Made by a program: the position numbers and the translations under genes
Origin: a virus
Direction: 5' to 3' (one strand)
DNA: 64,000 nucleotides
Virus record (IMG/VR): IMGVR_UViG_3300005095_000179
Coordinates: 13,138-77,137 of that record
Notes under the pieces: generated by a model
The model's database searches: none
What the model was told of the DNA's origin: nothing
What the model saw: only the letters and a program-made list of their open reading frames with translations
In this document: piece after piece, positions 29,701-38,787 of the stretch
Numbering within the stretch: the first letter of the stretch is position 1
How the letters are laid out: each line of letters opens with the position of its first letter

Positions 29701-31311
29701 AAGACCACCACTAAGTTTCGGGAATTTTTTAGAGAACCACTTACCAAGCCTAGAACCCTTTAATTTATTCAATCCATACTTTGCACCAAAGAGACCTACT
29801 AAAGTGCTTAGAATCCCTCCCTCTGACTCTCCTTTGGGTGATTTAATACTCCCGTTAGCGTTAGTTTTAATTCCATCCTTAAGAAGTTTTAATATCTCAG
29901 CGGTGTTCTTAGCAGTTTCTTCAGAAGCTTGAGTTCCTCTTTCTTGGATAGCCTTAGCCTGTTCTCTATCAATGAAGTTATCTCTGTATTCATCTTTGGC
30001 ATCTTTGGCTTGTTTTTCAGCGAACTTATTTGAGTCTTCAGTAGCTTCCTTTATATCCTTCAACGCTTCATTTGTTTCTTCTGAAGTTTCTTCTAGTTTC
30101 TTGATAGCCTTAACAGTTTCTTTAGACTGTTCTTTAGCTACCTTCTCAAAAGAAATCCCCAAACCATCTATCAACTTAGAGAATCTCTCTTTCGTCTCAT
30201 CGAATTTATCTTTGGAGTTAGTATAAGTTTTAACTATATCTTCTAAGTCCTTTAAGTTATCTTGTGACAACTTCCCAGTCTCGACTAATTCTTTAAATCT
30301 TTCTTCTACATCAATGAACGCTTCTGAAACTTCCTTGATGTAGTCTTGTGCCGCTAAGTTAGACTCTCCAAGTTCTGCGATAAGTTTCTTATACCCTTCA
30401 ACATCTCCTGGTTTGATCTTCTTTAGGTGTTTAATGTACTCCTTCACCATTTGTTCTGGCATCTTACCGAACTTTTCGAAGTACACATTTCTTCTAGCGT
30501 TAATCTTCTCATCGACCATCATTGCTGCGTCGATAGCTTCTTTAGTGATCTTCTCAGGATTAAAATCAGAGTCTTTGAACAACTTCATTAATAGTCTTTC
30601 ACTAGGAGTAAGATTTTTATGGTTTTTCTTAGTAAGGTCCGCCATAAGATTCTCTACTCTATCCAAGTGTTCATTCATCTCTTCTTCTTTCTTCTCGAAA
30701 GTTTTGAAGTTAGTGTAAGCTAACTCATTCACAGCAGTGATAGTATTATCTATTTTCTTAGTGATACCTTCTACAAGAACATCCTCAAATACTCTCTTAG
30801 TCCAAGACCTATTCTTCCTTCTTTCTTCTTCTAATCTTTTCTTTTCGGCTCTTTCTCTTCTTCTATTTTCAGCCAGTGCCTTGTTTCTGAGTCTTTCTTC
30901 CTTTTGTTCTTTAGTTTCGTTTTTAGCTAATCCTGCTTCAGTTGCTTCTAATAGTCTTTCTTGAGCATCTAAGATGGCTTGGTGTCTTTCATTCTCTATC
31001 TTTTCTCTCTTAGCCTTCTCTTTCTTATCAATTCCAACTTGCTTCTTAGCTTTTATCTTGGAAGACTTTAGTTCAGATAAATACGCTTTAGTGTATTTCT
31101 CAGTAGCAAGAGCACCCCTAGCAGCGATAAAGTTTTCTTGTGAAGCTCTCTTTCCAGTTAAGAATAGGTTAGGTTTCACTGAACGAATAGGTTTCGTACT
31201 GTCGTCCTTCATCTGCTTCTTTCTAAGATTAGTAAGTTCAGATAATGATTGGTCTGTTTGTTTTTGGTATTTCTCTAATTGCTTCACTATTTTATCGTAT
31301 TCACTAGACAT
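26737..31311 (-). CDS. tape measure protein with lysozyme-like and NlpC/P60 domains
   Basis: Coiled-coil N-half; RNNNPGNL...FAIFPS...YAPPSENNT domain; YRWGG...DCSGF...GDIIFF...HIAI...IHSS domain. Confidence 0.85.
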   Translation of the reverse strand: MSSEYDKIVKQLEKYQKQTDQSLSELTNLRKKQMKDDSTKPIRSVKPNLFLTGKRASQENFIAARGALATEKYTKAYLSELKSSKIKAKKQVGIDKKEKAKREKIENERHQAILDAQERLLEATEAGLAKNETKEQKEERLRNKALAENRRRERAEKKRLEEERRKNRSWTKRVFEDVLVEGITKKIDNTITAVNELAYTNFKTFEKKEEEMNEHLDRVENLMADLTKKNHKNLTPSERLLMKLFKDSDFNPEKITKEAIDAAMMVDEKINARRNVYFEKFGKMPEQMVKEYIKHLKKIKPGDVEGYKKLIAELGESNLAAQDYIKEVSEAFIDVEERFKELVETGKLSQDNLKDLEDIVKTYTNSKDKFDETKERFSKLIDGLGISFEKVAKEQSKETVKAIKKLEETSEETNEALKDIKEATEDSNKFAEKQAKDAKDEYRDNFIDREQAKAIQERGTQASEETAKNTAEILKLLKDGIKTNANGSIKSPKGESEGGILSTLVGLFGAKYGLNKLKGSRLGKWFSKKFPKLSGGLGKLTSGAMLGGLFGGDITDVLMGDMIDKSGPKQAPTSKPSKKGFFSKILGKGKGFFGGLGKFAKGALKKIPGLGLVTGIASGASRLFKGDFGGALGEFASGALSTIPGLGTVASLGVDGWLMNRDQKMSSRAPVMKSDVSKIPTSGVGSVLSKISKALPIIAGLSYVTDWFSDGKNEKVKELKPEVLRSERASNIPSWMRDTSSHDQGAYKFKKSETVAQFKARLDKLPIKNSGALEKGNYLHIEGSDEVKATDFNTLARERTQLKVLSVLAQIASALGVEKAEEKAERGLERAKKQTQANKIANLKQKEKAKEAEKKSLFEKLKEKAGGMLSSAATSVGNFFKDPIGSIKNAWNGLTGGNTGGSPKGVSVKAFPPHNGGKGVATMTMGKLGREIHYPNGDVKTGGTRNWRNNNPGNLEYNNYTKGLGAIGTDGRFAIFPSMEAGFKAQMHMLTKGKNYKNLTLAQAIQRYAPPSENNTSAYIAQVVKTSGVPAGTIMGQMSEAQAMAVVKAMANHEGAKVGQLIKADGTQVSPSQQINEAKIAQSIKKNGASVGSVGSTGSVGSVSSTGPVGVTNTSASSGNPYSLAATASSTASTPMKTPTAMAGGGANGYGQPAPSGNNAVDAARAMVGRVGYRWGGKNNDMFLDCSGFVQKVIRSTGIAPDFPGSTETQLDWLLNGVQQGTVQPIPSTDQLQGGDIIFFASHSSGRRVGHIAIMSSPTTMIHSSGGSKCKTGNEPGCKGVVEVNAQDYFARRRPNYMFRILAQGHQAQPLNQNAAMSQIAQQMSAPASQYASSSAPSPSYGNSFSSGQNSLSTAGNATTPNGSPVIGSPAGLKGSGMIGNVSMRNNPISSLVNSVFGTTGVGGAIGSVLSSVSRGIFGKGASSMGIGSDIIKNTGVGALNSSIQQGLGALGETLPFNNIMSQMSGAQGMMNRTMMNTPSMIGQGLGQLAQTFESSNNSPAVTPYISDVDDSSLDILRGLLGSK

Positions 31312-31546
31312 TATATGCCTCCATCTCTTGCTCTAAAAATTTATACAGTGATTTCTCTATTGAAATCACATCAAGGAATTCCATATCTCTAAGACTACTC
31401 GGGTTAATCCCCATCTTGTATGCCAAAATGGATTCTTTCTCCGAGAGTATCTTTGGTTCTATCAGAGGTGGTAATGTACTCAATGATGTCTGGAAACGGA
31501 ATGTGGTGTTCAAAACCACAAACCTCCCCGACGATAATTTGCCCAT
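31304..31546 (-). CDS. gp51-like / GT-type chaperone extension overlapping the gp26-like gene
   Basis: LAYKMGINPSSLRDMEFLD resembles tail chaperone extensions; lies in the +1 frame of the upstream gene. Confidence 0.6.
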   Translation of the reverse strand: MGKLSSGRFVVLNTTFRFQTSLSTLPPLIEPKILSEKESILAYKMGINPSSLRDMEFLDVISIEKSLYKFLEQEMEAYNV

Positions 31547-32345
31547 CGTCTGTCTCTTTTTTTGGTGCGTACTTACATTTAAACTTTAAATCTTGTACGC
31601 CATGGAATAATGATACATCAATAGTATCTAATAAGTTTACATCAACTCCAACTAAAGCTTCCTTAATGATTCCTAGTCTTTCTTTCTCAGTTCCATCCAC
31701 AATACAATTCGCCATGAACAAATCTAAATCATCCCTCTTCCCTCTTCTGACCATTTCTTTAAATCTACCAATGGTAATGGGTTCGAACTCTACTTTCGTT
31801 ATTTCTCGGCCATCCTCGGGACTTTTATATGGTACTCTAAGGTCAACCACAATAGGAAGGGGTACTCTAATCTCTTCGAACACAATATCTTCTAAAGTGA
31901 AAAGTGTCTGGTTTGGGTGTCCACACTTTAAACAAGTATAGTTCATAGTAAACTCTAACTCTCCAAAAGTGGCTAACTTTATCAATGTAGAGATATAATA
32001 GAAGTCGAAGTAAGTCAATTTCTCTTTAGGGAATGATGTGTGTATCTTACTTAAGAAGAAATTAATCGTCTCTGCATCACTTAATGTACTAACACTAATG
32101 AACTTCATTTCTCCAAATGTAAACGGTGAGAAATAAATCGTACTCTCTAAAGGATATGTCTTTCCACCAGAAGGTAACATCTCAGGATCAATTGAGTTAG
32201 CTGAAGGAGGTAATTCTCTATTATCTGTTGGAAGAGGGTCTCTCTTTAATTCTGGTTCAGGTATCATCGGTTGGTCGAGTTTTTCTGCATATCTCTTAGC
32301 TTCTAAACTCTCAGCATATGTCACTGGTCGCATTCTTTGTTGCAT
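31404..32345 (-). CDS. baseplate hub assembly chaperone (T4 gp26-like)
   Basis: LPSGGKTY, CLKCGHPN and CKY...CG zinc motifs; upstream of the tape measure. Confidence 0.75.
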   Translation of the reverse strand: MQQRMRPVTYAESLEAKRYAEKLDQPMIPEPELKRDPLPTDNRELPPSANSIDPEMLPSGGKTYPLESTIYFSPFTFGEMKFISVSTLSDAETINFFLSKIHTSFPKEKLTYFDFYYISTLIKLATFGELEFTMNYTCLKCGHPNQTLFTLEDIVFEEIRVPLPIVVDLRVPYKSPEDGREITKVEFEPITIGRFKEMVRRGKRDDLDLFMANCIVDGTEKERLGIIKEALVGVDVNLLDTIDVSLFHGVQDLKFKCKYAPKKETDDGQIIVGEVCGFEHHIPFPDIIEYITTSDRTKDTLGERIHFGIQDGD

Positions 32346-32492
32346 AAGTTTTCCTTATAACCTTTTATTACTTTTTGTTTTGTTTACTTATTATAAAATA
32401 TAATCTACTAAGATTACGATTTATAATTTTTAACCTGCGAAATCGGAGGTATTTTTATTTCATCTCTTTTGGCGATTTCAATGGATATGAAC

Positions 32493-32499
32493 TATTTAA
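32493..32499 (-). promoter_or_regulatory. late promoter TTAAATA (leftward)
   Basis: In the non-coding element, upstream of the gp26-like gene. Confidence 0.55.
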
Positions 32500-32642
32500 T
32501 TGATGGTGGAGAGCAAGCTTGGCTGGGGAAGAAATAGTAGAGTGAGGAAATGAGGATTTTATTTTTACTTCTTTTATAGATCAGATTTTTTTAAAAAAGC
32601 TGTTTATTCTAATATATCTTTATTATTTATAACTTCATCATG

Positions 32643-32649
32643 TTAAATA
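32643..32649 (+). promoter_or_regulatory. late-promoter motif TTAAATA (rightward, no ORF downstream)
   Basis: Mirror image of 32493; both read TTAAATAG. Confidence 0.45.
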
Positions 32650-32936
32650 GCATCCGTGACCCTCCTCCAGACTTTCTTCCTTTCACCTTGATGAATAATT
32701 CCACTGAGCCACTCATTTAATGCTTTATAAGAAGTATCTCTCTACAAAAGATAAAATACCTCTGATTTCGCAGGTATAATTTAATTATGGTAAATGATTA
32801 GTTTTTGTTTATTTTAGATATAAGTAGAACTTATAAAAAGTCATCTTAGAATTAAGACTCTTATAAAGGAGTTTTTAATAGTTATAAGTAATGATTATAA
32901 AAGTGATAGATATAACTTAAAGTTATAATTCATAGG

Positions 32937-33437
32937 TCACTGACCTCTCCATTTAAGAGAACCAGCGACTACTATGAAGTTTACTTGATACTGAGGAATA
33001 GACCCGTCTGAGTCTCCAGTATAAGTGATATTTCCAGTAGGGATAACTTTCCCTTCCCAAACAAATTGAGTTTTGTTTCTGGAGTTAAGTTTGTGAATCG
33101 TGAAGTGTCTTGCTGCTTGTGAAATCATTAATACCTCATACCCATCAGGGGATACGCACTCTTTCATCCAATCAGTGAAAAATTTTGTAACCTTTAAGTC
33201 TTCGGAGTCAATATAGGAGATAGTAAAAGTAGGGTATGTTCTTCCAGATATATATTCCACTCCTGAAGAACCCAACGATTCAGTCGTGACTCCAAAGAAA
33301 CCTAACTCCATAGAGGTAGCAGGAACCCACCCTTTGAACTTCTCATTAAGTCCGTCCAGACTGAATTCCCACTTATTACTTTTGTCCCATTGAATTCTTC
33401 TGAGACTCTCTACGGTTGCTTTCTTTAGAGTTGCCAC
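32937..33437 (-). CDS. tail tube paralog (gp19/gp54-like)
   Basis: Tube-like pattern (NKWEF, FTISYIDSED, FFTDW); adjacent to the tube gene. Confidence 0.65.
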   Translation of the reverse strand: MATLKKATVESLRRIQWDKSNKWEFSLDGLNEKFKGWVPATSMELGFFGVTTESLGSSGVEYISGRTYPTFTISYIDSEDLKVTKFFTDWMKECVSPDGYEVLMISQAARHFTIHKLNSRNKTQFVWEGKVIPTGNITYTGDSDGSIPQYQVNFIVVAGSLKWRGQ

Positions 33438-33448
33438 GATTAGCTTCC

Positions 33449-34033
33449 TTAACTTCCTAAGAATCCAGTCTCAGAGTCAAGTTGGAATGGTACGTCTTCT
33501 TCCCAGAAGAAGTCATAAGATAAAGTAATACTTGGTTGGATGATATCACCAGTCTCAGTCATTTCACCAAGCTCATAGTCTTCTAGGAAAACTCCCTTAA
33601 GAACCCAAGTTGTCCCTTTAGACTCTGACATACTGTTTTGTCTGTTAAGTCTTACTAATCTGATTTCAGCTTCGATTTCAGATTTAGGGTATTGATAACC
33701 AGTGTTTGTACCGATGATATATTCTCTCCAAGACCTAATGAAGTCATGCACTGGAGACTGATGATCTGACTCAACAAGAGTAAGGGTAATTTGACCGCTG
33801 TAGTCATAATCTCCTGGTTGTTTAACCTTGTGTCCACGGATAGTAATCTCAAGAGAAGTACCAGTTCTTTTAGGTACTTCCGCAGAGATAGCTCTTAGGT
33901 TTAGTTCTTGGAAGAATGTTGAATACGCTCCCATAACTTCTGGGATTTTAACGAACTCAACAGCCCATAGGTTGGAGACCATTCCATCTCCAATGTTACT
34001 TCTAATTTGTTCTAAAGTTGGTCTTTTTGCCAT
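33449..34033 (-). CDS. gp19: tail tube protein
   Basis: SAEVP...RGHKVKQPG...ITLTLVE...ITLSYDFF; follows the sheath gene. Confidence 0.85.
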   Translation of the reverse strand: MAKRPTLEQIRSNIGDGMVSNLWAVEFVKIPEVMGAYSTFFQELNLRAISAEVPKRTGTSLEITIRGHKVKQPGDYDYSGQITLTLVESDHQSPVHDFIRSWREYIIGTNTGYQYPKSEIEAEIRLVRLNRQNSMSESKGTTWVLKGVFLEDYELGEMTETGDIIQPSITLSYDFFWEEDVPFQLDSETGFLGS

Positions 34034-34044
34034 CTCTGATCTCC

Positions 34045-36423
34045 TTAAACGCTAAAACTTACTGTGTTGTTTTTGATCACAGTAGTAAAGTTGATATACT
34101 CGATAGAGTAAATTGGTTGAATATAAACATCTACATTCAGTGTGTTATTGATTTCATCCTGAGCAGTGTTGTTTGATCTGTCACAAACTACCTTAAAGTC
34201 TGAAATACCGTTTCTTGAGTGAATACCTACTAAGTAAGAAGTGATTGTTGCGATGATACTCGCTCTAACACTCTCAGTATTCAATTCGAATAGGAATTGC
34301 TCAAGGTACTTAGTAATTGCTGGCTTAAGTTCATTCAATAGAAGTCTAATATTAATTCTATCAAACGCTGAAGGTACTAGAGCAAGAGTTCTTTGACCCC
34401 AGATAGCAATACCTTTTCCTGGTGCAAATCTAATTTGGTTAATTCCATTATCAGCTAGGTAATCCAAGTCAGAGTCAGTGAATTTAATATGTACGTCATT
34501 AACGAATAGTCTTCCTCTCTTGAACCCTGCTGGTGGATACCAAATCTCAAAGTTAGAAGCTGAAAGGTTAATCGCTGCGGCTGCAAATCCGTCTGGTGAA
34601 ACGAAGATTTCTCTATCGTTATACTTATCAGTGATCTTAACATGTGAAGTATAGATACCTGCATAAGAAGAATTAACATTCAAGCTGTAGTTTCTATATT
34701 CAACAATGTCAGTTGCATAAGTGACTGGATTACTTTCAATTTCATAAGGAATAGAAAGTACTGCGAATGAGTCATCTCTAAGTTCACAAATTTCAGCTAG
34801 TTTTCTTTGATAGTTAGGTGAACTCCAACCACCGTCCATGAATACTGTTAGTGGATAGTTGTTTTTGTTATTCATCTTTTCTGCAGCGAAAATCATGTTA
34901 GAGTCAGTTACTGCATCACCGTCATCACCACCAACGAATTTAATGAATGTCTTAGAAACAATATTACCTAAAGAGTCTCTTTCAACAGTTTCTCTTGGTA
35001 GTACATCTTTATCGATGATAGGGTTACTAATCGCATTGATATACTTACTAGCTTGAAGAACTGTTTCAACAAAAGTATTTCTTCCGTATCCGTCTTTAGC
35101 TTCTGGGTCTCTTGAACAAACAAAAGTTTCTACTGGTCTAACTACATCGTTCTTAGTATAAACATTAATAGTAAATGTTCCTGGTGTCTTTTGGTTCTTA
35201 GTTAGAATTTCTACTCTAACATCTTTAGACCAATCCCCTTCATTCACTGAGAATAGACTCATTACTGAATAGAACTCATCTGGGTTGAAGTTTACTAAGT
35301 CACCAACTGGTTGAGGAATAGCACCTGCGTCTTCAAATCCTTGAGCTTGAGCTTCTGTATAAGGAGCTTCACCAGTACTTGTATCAACTAGGCTTGGGTT
35401 GTTAATTCCATCATCGAAAGTTACAGTTGCTCCGTTAGGATTAGAAACTGTAGAACTGATAGCCAAAGTTGTCCCGTCACTCATGTCTGCTAGTACTTCA
35501 AGAACTTTACCATCAAAGTCATTGATAGTAATGTAAGTAGGAGTGATGTTAGAAATAGTAAGTTCTGTCCCACCATCTACGATATCATTTACTGTACAAT
35601 TAACTTCAGGGAAACCTCTATAACCAGTTCCTACTTGGTCTGTCACTGATGGAGTATTAGTATCAACAGTGATTGTAGAACCATTAACAGCAGTTACTGT
35701 TCTTGTGAACTTTTGTCCGTCCGCAACGAATGAGATAACTCTATTCAATAGGTCTGCTGAACTTCCGCTTGAGAAGTTAGAAACTTCAATTGTATCACTA
35801 TCTCCGCCTGAACCGTAATCGGCATCGAAACTAATGAAATCGTCACTCTGAGCAATTTTACCAGTACCAGTTCCAAGGAAGTGTACAGAAGATGAGATTG
35901 GCTGGTCTAGAGTGATTTCAGCACCGTTCACATCAGTAACTGTGAACATTACTTGACCTACACCAAAGATATTAATCTTTCTTCCTAGTAGCTCATCTGG
36001 TGTCCCACCTTGAATGTTAGAGATAGTAACTTTATCACTTGCATCTACGATATTACTAACATCAAATCTAATCTCTTTAAGCTCAGGTGATGTTTCGTTA
36101 ATATTGATATAAGTCTTTCCAGTAGTACCTTCTTGGTTTACGAATGCTCCACCGTTAAGTGCTCCGTTTGCCGCTCTGATTACCCACAAATTAGTTGTTT
36201 GTTGAAGTGCTGCTAGTGCACTATAATAACCAATATTGTAACCTACTTTAATCGTACCGTCTGGTGTGAATTTGTTTAGAAGGTCATTTTCATCTCCAAC
36301 TAAAACAGGCTTGTTGATTGGACCTTTCTTAGCAGGAATAACGATAGCATTATAAACTGATCCTCTTCCTTCTACTCTTGGAACCATTGATCTTTCAAAG
36401 GTTCTTACATTTGCTGCTGGCAT
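34045..36423 (-). CDS. gp18: tail sheath protein with large internal insertion
   Basis: KGPINKPVLV, WYPPAGFKRG, IWGQRTL, RINIRLL, FKVVCDRSNN and PIYSIEYI motifs. Confidence 0.95.
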   Translation of the reverse strand: MPAANVRTFERSMVPRVEGRGSVYNAIVIPAKKGPINKPVLVGDENDLLNKFTPDGTIKVGYNIGYYSALAALQQTTNLWVIRAANGALNGGAFVNQEGTTGKTYININETSPELKEIRFDVSNIVDASDKVTISNIQGGTPDELLGRKINIFGVGQVMFTVTDVNGAEITLDQPISSSVHFLGTGTGKIAQSDDFISFDADYGSGGDSDTIEVSNFSSGSSADLLNRVISFVADGQKFTRTVTAVNGSTITVDTNTPSVTDQVGTGYRGFPEVNCTVNDIVDGGTELTISNITPTYITINDFDGKVLEVLADMSDGTTLAISSTVSNPNGATVTFDDGINNPSLVDTSTGEAPYTEAQAQGFEDAGAIPQPVGDLVNFNPDEFYSVMSLFSVNEGDWSKDVRVEILTKNQKTPGTFTINVYTKNDVVRPVETFVCSRDPEAKDGYGRNTFVETVLQASKYINAISNPIIDKDVLPRETVERDSLGNIVSKTFIKFVGGDDGDAVTDSNMIFAAEKMNNKNNYPLTVFMDGGWSSPNYQRKLAEICELRDDSFAVLSIPYEIESNPVTYATDIVEYRNYSLNVNSSYAGIYTSHVKITDKYNDREIFVSPDGFAAAAINLSASNFEIWYPPAGFKRGRLFVNDVHIKFTDSDLDYLADNGINQIRFAPGKGIAIWGQRTLALVPSAFDRINIRLLLNELKPAITKYLEQFLFELNTESVRASIIATITSYLVGIHSRNGISDFKVVCDRSNNTAQDEINNTLNVDVYIQPIYSIEYINFTTVIKNNTVSFSV

Positions 36424-36435
36424 GTTAAGCCCTCC

Positions 36436-36588
36436 TTATCTTTTAATAAGAACCACACCAGCTGGAAGACTAGCTGGAAGAAGTTCTGGGTTTTTTATAT
36501 TGATGGTTTCGTTTGGGGAAACCACGATAGTCTGACCATCGTATTTTACGGTAACTGGATAGTTCACCGTAGAAACTAATTTTGTCAT
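36436..36588 (-). CDS. small 50-aa protein (not in ORF track)
   Basis: MTKLVSTVNYPVTVKYDGQTIVVSPNETINIKNPELLPASLPAGVVLIKR; AAGGAG RBS; first gene after the late promoter at 36614. Confidence 0.8.
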   Translation of the reverse strand: MTKLVSTVNYPVTVKYDGQTIVVSPNETINIKNPELLPASLPAGVVLIKR

Positions 36589-36613
36589 AAAAATCTCCTT
36601 AATTGATTTTAAT

Positions 36614-36620
36614 TATTTAA
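36614..36620 (-). promoter_or_regulatory. late promoter TTAAATA
   Basis: Upstream of the sheath/tube operon. Confidence 0.7.
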
Positions 36621-36662
36621 TACCACTGTTACTCTCGTAGAGTTATTAACCTTAAAGATAAC

Positions 36663-37349
36663 TTATTCAGTTTCTTCTGAGATGATCTCTTCTATGGAAT
36701 TCTCTTCTATGAGAACTGGATTTTCTAAACTAACCCAAAGTCTTTCATTTATATTTTCTATAACAGGAGCTAATTCAAAGTCTAGTACTACTGGGAAGTT
36801 CAGGTTCACGGTTAATCCAACAGCGATAACTGGGCCAAGTTCATTCATATCTTCCTTTTCGAAAGTCGTAGTCCTTGAAGGTTGAGCTGAACATCTTACT
36901 AAACCTATATCTCCATAGTCTGCTTCAAAGTCAATCATTTCTCCAGACTTAACATAGAAGTATTCTTCTAGTCTTTCAGCTATATTGATATTATTTGTTG
37001 TCATTTTTATTTCGACGTCTATAGAAGCTAATCTTGTCAGTGCAGTTGAGTTTGGGTAATCTTCTTCATCTAAAGAAGTTAAGTTATCAAATCTAGCCGT
37101 AACAGCATATGGTCTATTATTGTAATTACTATCATTGATAGAACTTCTATTCCAAATGAGTAAAATCCAGTCTTTAGGAGTTTCACCTTCAGCACGTTGG
37201 AATATTCCAGTTCTACTTATATATTGAGATGCTCTTCCTCTGAAGTCAAGGTTTTCATCATAGATAAAAGTGTCTACTACTTCAAATTTCTGTAATAGGT
37301 CATCTTTAATGAAGTCTAATAAACCTAATATAGCAGATGATACATTCAT
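36663..37349 (-). CDS. putative tail terminator/completion protein (gp15-like position)
   Basis: Position between neck and sheath genes; size. Confidence 0.5.
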   Translation of the reverse strand: MNVSSAILGLLDFIKDDLLQKFEVVDTFIYDENLDFRGRASQYISRTGIFQRAEGETPKDWILLIWNRSSINDSNYNNRPYAVTARFDNLTSLDEEDYPNSTALTRLASIDVEIKMTTNNINIAERLEEYFYVKSGEMIDFEADYGDIGLVRCSAQPSRTTTFEKEDMNELGPVIAVGLTVNLNFPVVLDFELAPVIENINERLWVSLENPVLIEENSIEEIISEETE

Positions 37350-37359
37350 TCATTTCTCC

Positions 37360-37785
37360 TTATGCAACAGGAACCATTGAGTGGATACCATAAAGTGGGT
37401 CTCCATCAACGCCATTAACAATCATAGTATCTTGTGTTCTGAATACTTTCATACTTCCCCTAAAGAAAACTTCCACTTTAGAGTTCCTAGGGATTTCTAA
37501 TTGTTCTCCGATAGTATATATTTTTGCCTCGTCATCGTTGAATGTAGCGTATCCCTCAAGTTCTAATCCCGTAAGTTCCTGTAGACCAAATATACCAGTT
37601 ACTAAGTATCTACCGTCCTCGTCAGGTACTTCATTATATTTATATAGTTGAGAACTATCATTATACAGAGCAGGGGTTTCTATTGGGTAGTATATATTAC
37701 AAGGAAGTCCTTGTAAATAAAGCATGTGTTTAATAGCTTTGTAGTTTAGTTTCGTTTGTAGTTCAAAAGAGATTTCTGTTATCAT
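37360..37785 (-). CDS. putative neck / head-closure protein (gp14-like)
   Basis: GLPCNIYYP...LYND pattern; position. Confidence 0.5.
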   Translation of the reverse strand: MITEISFELQTKLNYKAIKHMLYLQGLPCNIYYPIETPALYNDSSQLYKYNEVPDEDGRYLVTGIFGLQELTGLELEGYATFNDDEAKIYTIGEQLEIPRNSKVEVFFRGSMKVFRTQDTMIVNGVDGDPLYGIHSMVPVA

Positions 37786-37791
37786 GGTAAC

Positions 37792-38175
37792 CTACTTTGA
37801 AGAATCATTCACAAAATTTTGTATATCTTTTATCCAAGAGATAAATGAGTCTAGTGTAGTCTTTTTTACTCTTAGAGTCAAGAAAGTTTTATTGGCTAAC
37901 CATTCCCATCTAAAATAGACTAAATTCCCACTAACAGAAACTTTCATGTTAGTTTTGAAGGTCTTAAAGATTACATCAATAAGTCCCTCATTCACTTCAG
38001 ACCCATTAGATTCTTCAGAAAAACTTTTACCTGCGAAATCGGAGGTATCACTATTCGACGAAGCTTGGTCTTCTTTGATTTTTATACCTGCGAAATCGGA
38101 GGTATTACTGCCTTTTTGTTCAAAATGTTCTTCTTCGCCAGTAGTATAGTATTCGAAAAAATCTAATGGTTTCAT
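37792..38175 (-). CDS. hypothetical protein containing two copies of the palindromic DNA motif
   Basis: GGGGA RBS; TSDFAG occurs twice. Confidence 0.65.
   Translation of the reverse strand: MKPLDFFEYYTTGEEEHFEQKGSNTSDFAGIKIKEDQASSNSDTSDFAGKSFSEESNGSEVNEGLIDVIFKTFKTNMKVSVSGNLVYFRWEWLANKTFLTLRVKKTTLDSFISWIKDIQNFVNDSSK
38028..38105. repeat. two direct copies of TACCTGCGAAATCGGAGGTAT, 57 nt apart
   Basis: At 38028..38048 and 38085..38105. Confidence 0.95.
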
Positions 38176-38184
38176 TATTTCCCC

Positions 38185-38766
38185 TTATAATATAGAAAGA
38201 TACCAATTATCTTGTTCTGTTTTCAATTGCTCTAGAGTATTTTCCCACAACTCTTTCCCGTCTGAGTAAATCTCCTGTCCGTCATTTTCAAATGGTTGGT
38301 CTCCAAAATTAAAAGACTTCCTACTTGAACCTATATACATCATATATAAAGCCAATACCATTTCTAAAAACTCTGGATGAGAATTATCTATATCTTCTAA
38401 AGACATTTGAACTAATGTCTCAGCAATATAAGTTCCGGTTATCTCTATCCTTAATTGCCCATTATCTTTATTATAGTCCCAGTCCCAATCAATCTTACCA
38501 TCTTGTCCAGCTAAAATTGGTTCGAAGAAATATAAATCTACTATATTTAAAATCCTTCTTCCTTCGGAATCAGTTTTAACATAAGTAACATAGTCAGTTA
38601 TTTCTAATTGAGTTTGAGAATGAAGCGGACGCCAATTCGAGTAGACAACTAAGGCTCGTTCGACGAGACCTTTTAATACTTCATCGGTGACTTCTATATC
38701 GTCCGCTCCGATGAAGTATTGAAGAGAGTTGATTAGGAGGTAGTCTTTTATTCCATCTAATGTCAT
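38185..38766 (-). CDS. putative neck / head-tail adaptor (gp13-like)
   Basis: C-terminal DGQEIYSDGKELW resembles the gp13 NGxxIYxEA motif. Confidence 0.65.
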   Translation of the reverse strand: MTLDGIKDYLLINSLQYFIGADDIEVTDEVLKGLVERALVVYSNWRPLHSQTQLEITDYVTYVKTDSEGRRILNIVDLYFFEPILAGQDGKIDWDWDYNKDNGQLRIEITGTYIAETLVQMSLEDIDNSHPEFLEMVLALYMMYIGSSRKSFNFGDQPFENDGQEIYSDGKELWENTLEQLKTEQDNWYLSIL

Positions 38767-38787
38767 GTCTGACCTCCTATATCATTA

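Larger units (their letters stand above)
32433..32777. repeat. inverted pair of 20-22 bp palindromic motifs in a 590-bp non-coding region
   Basis: ACCTGCGAAATCGGAGGTAT (32433..32452) and ATACCTCTGATTTCGCAGGTAT (32756..32777). Confidence 0.9.

Noticed and set aside
38028-38105. Canonical CRISPR array
   Set aside because: Only two short repeats inside an ORF, with no leader and no recognised repeat family; reported as a motif instead.
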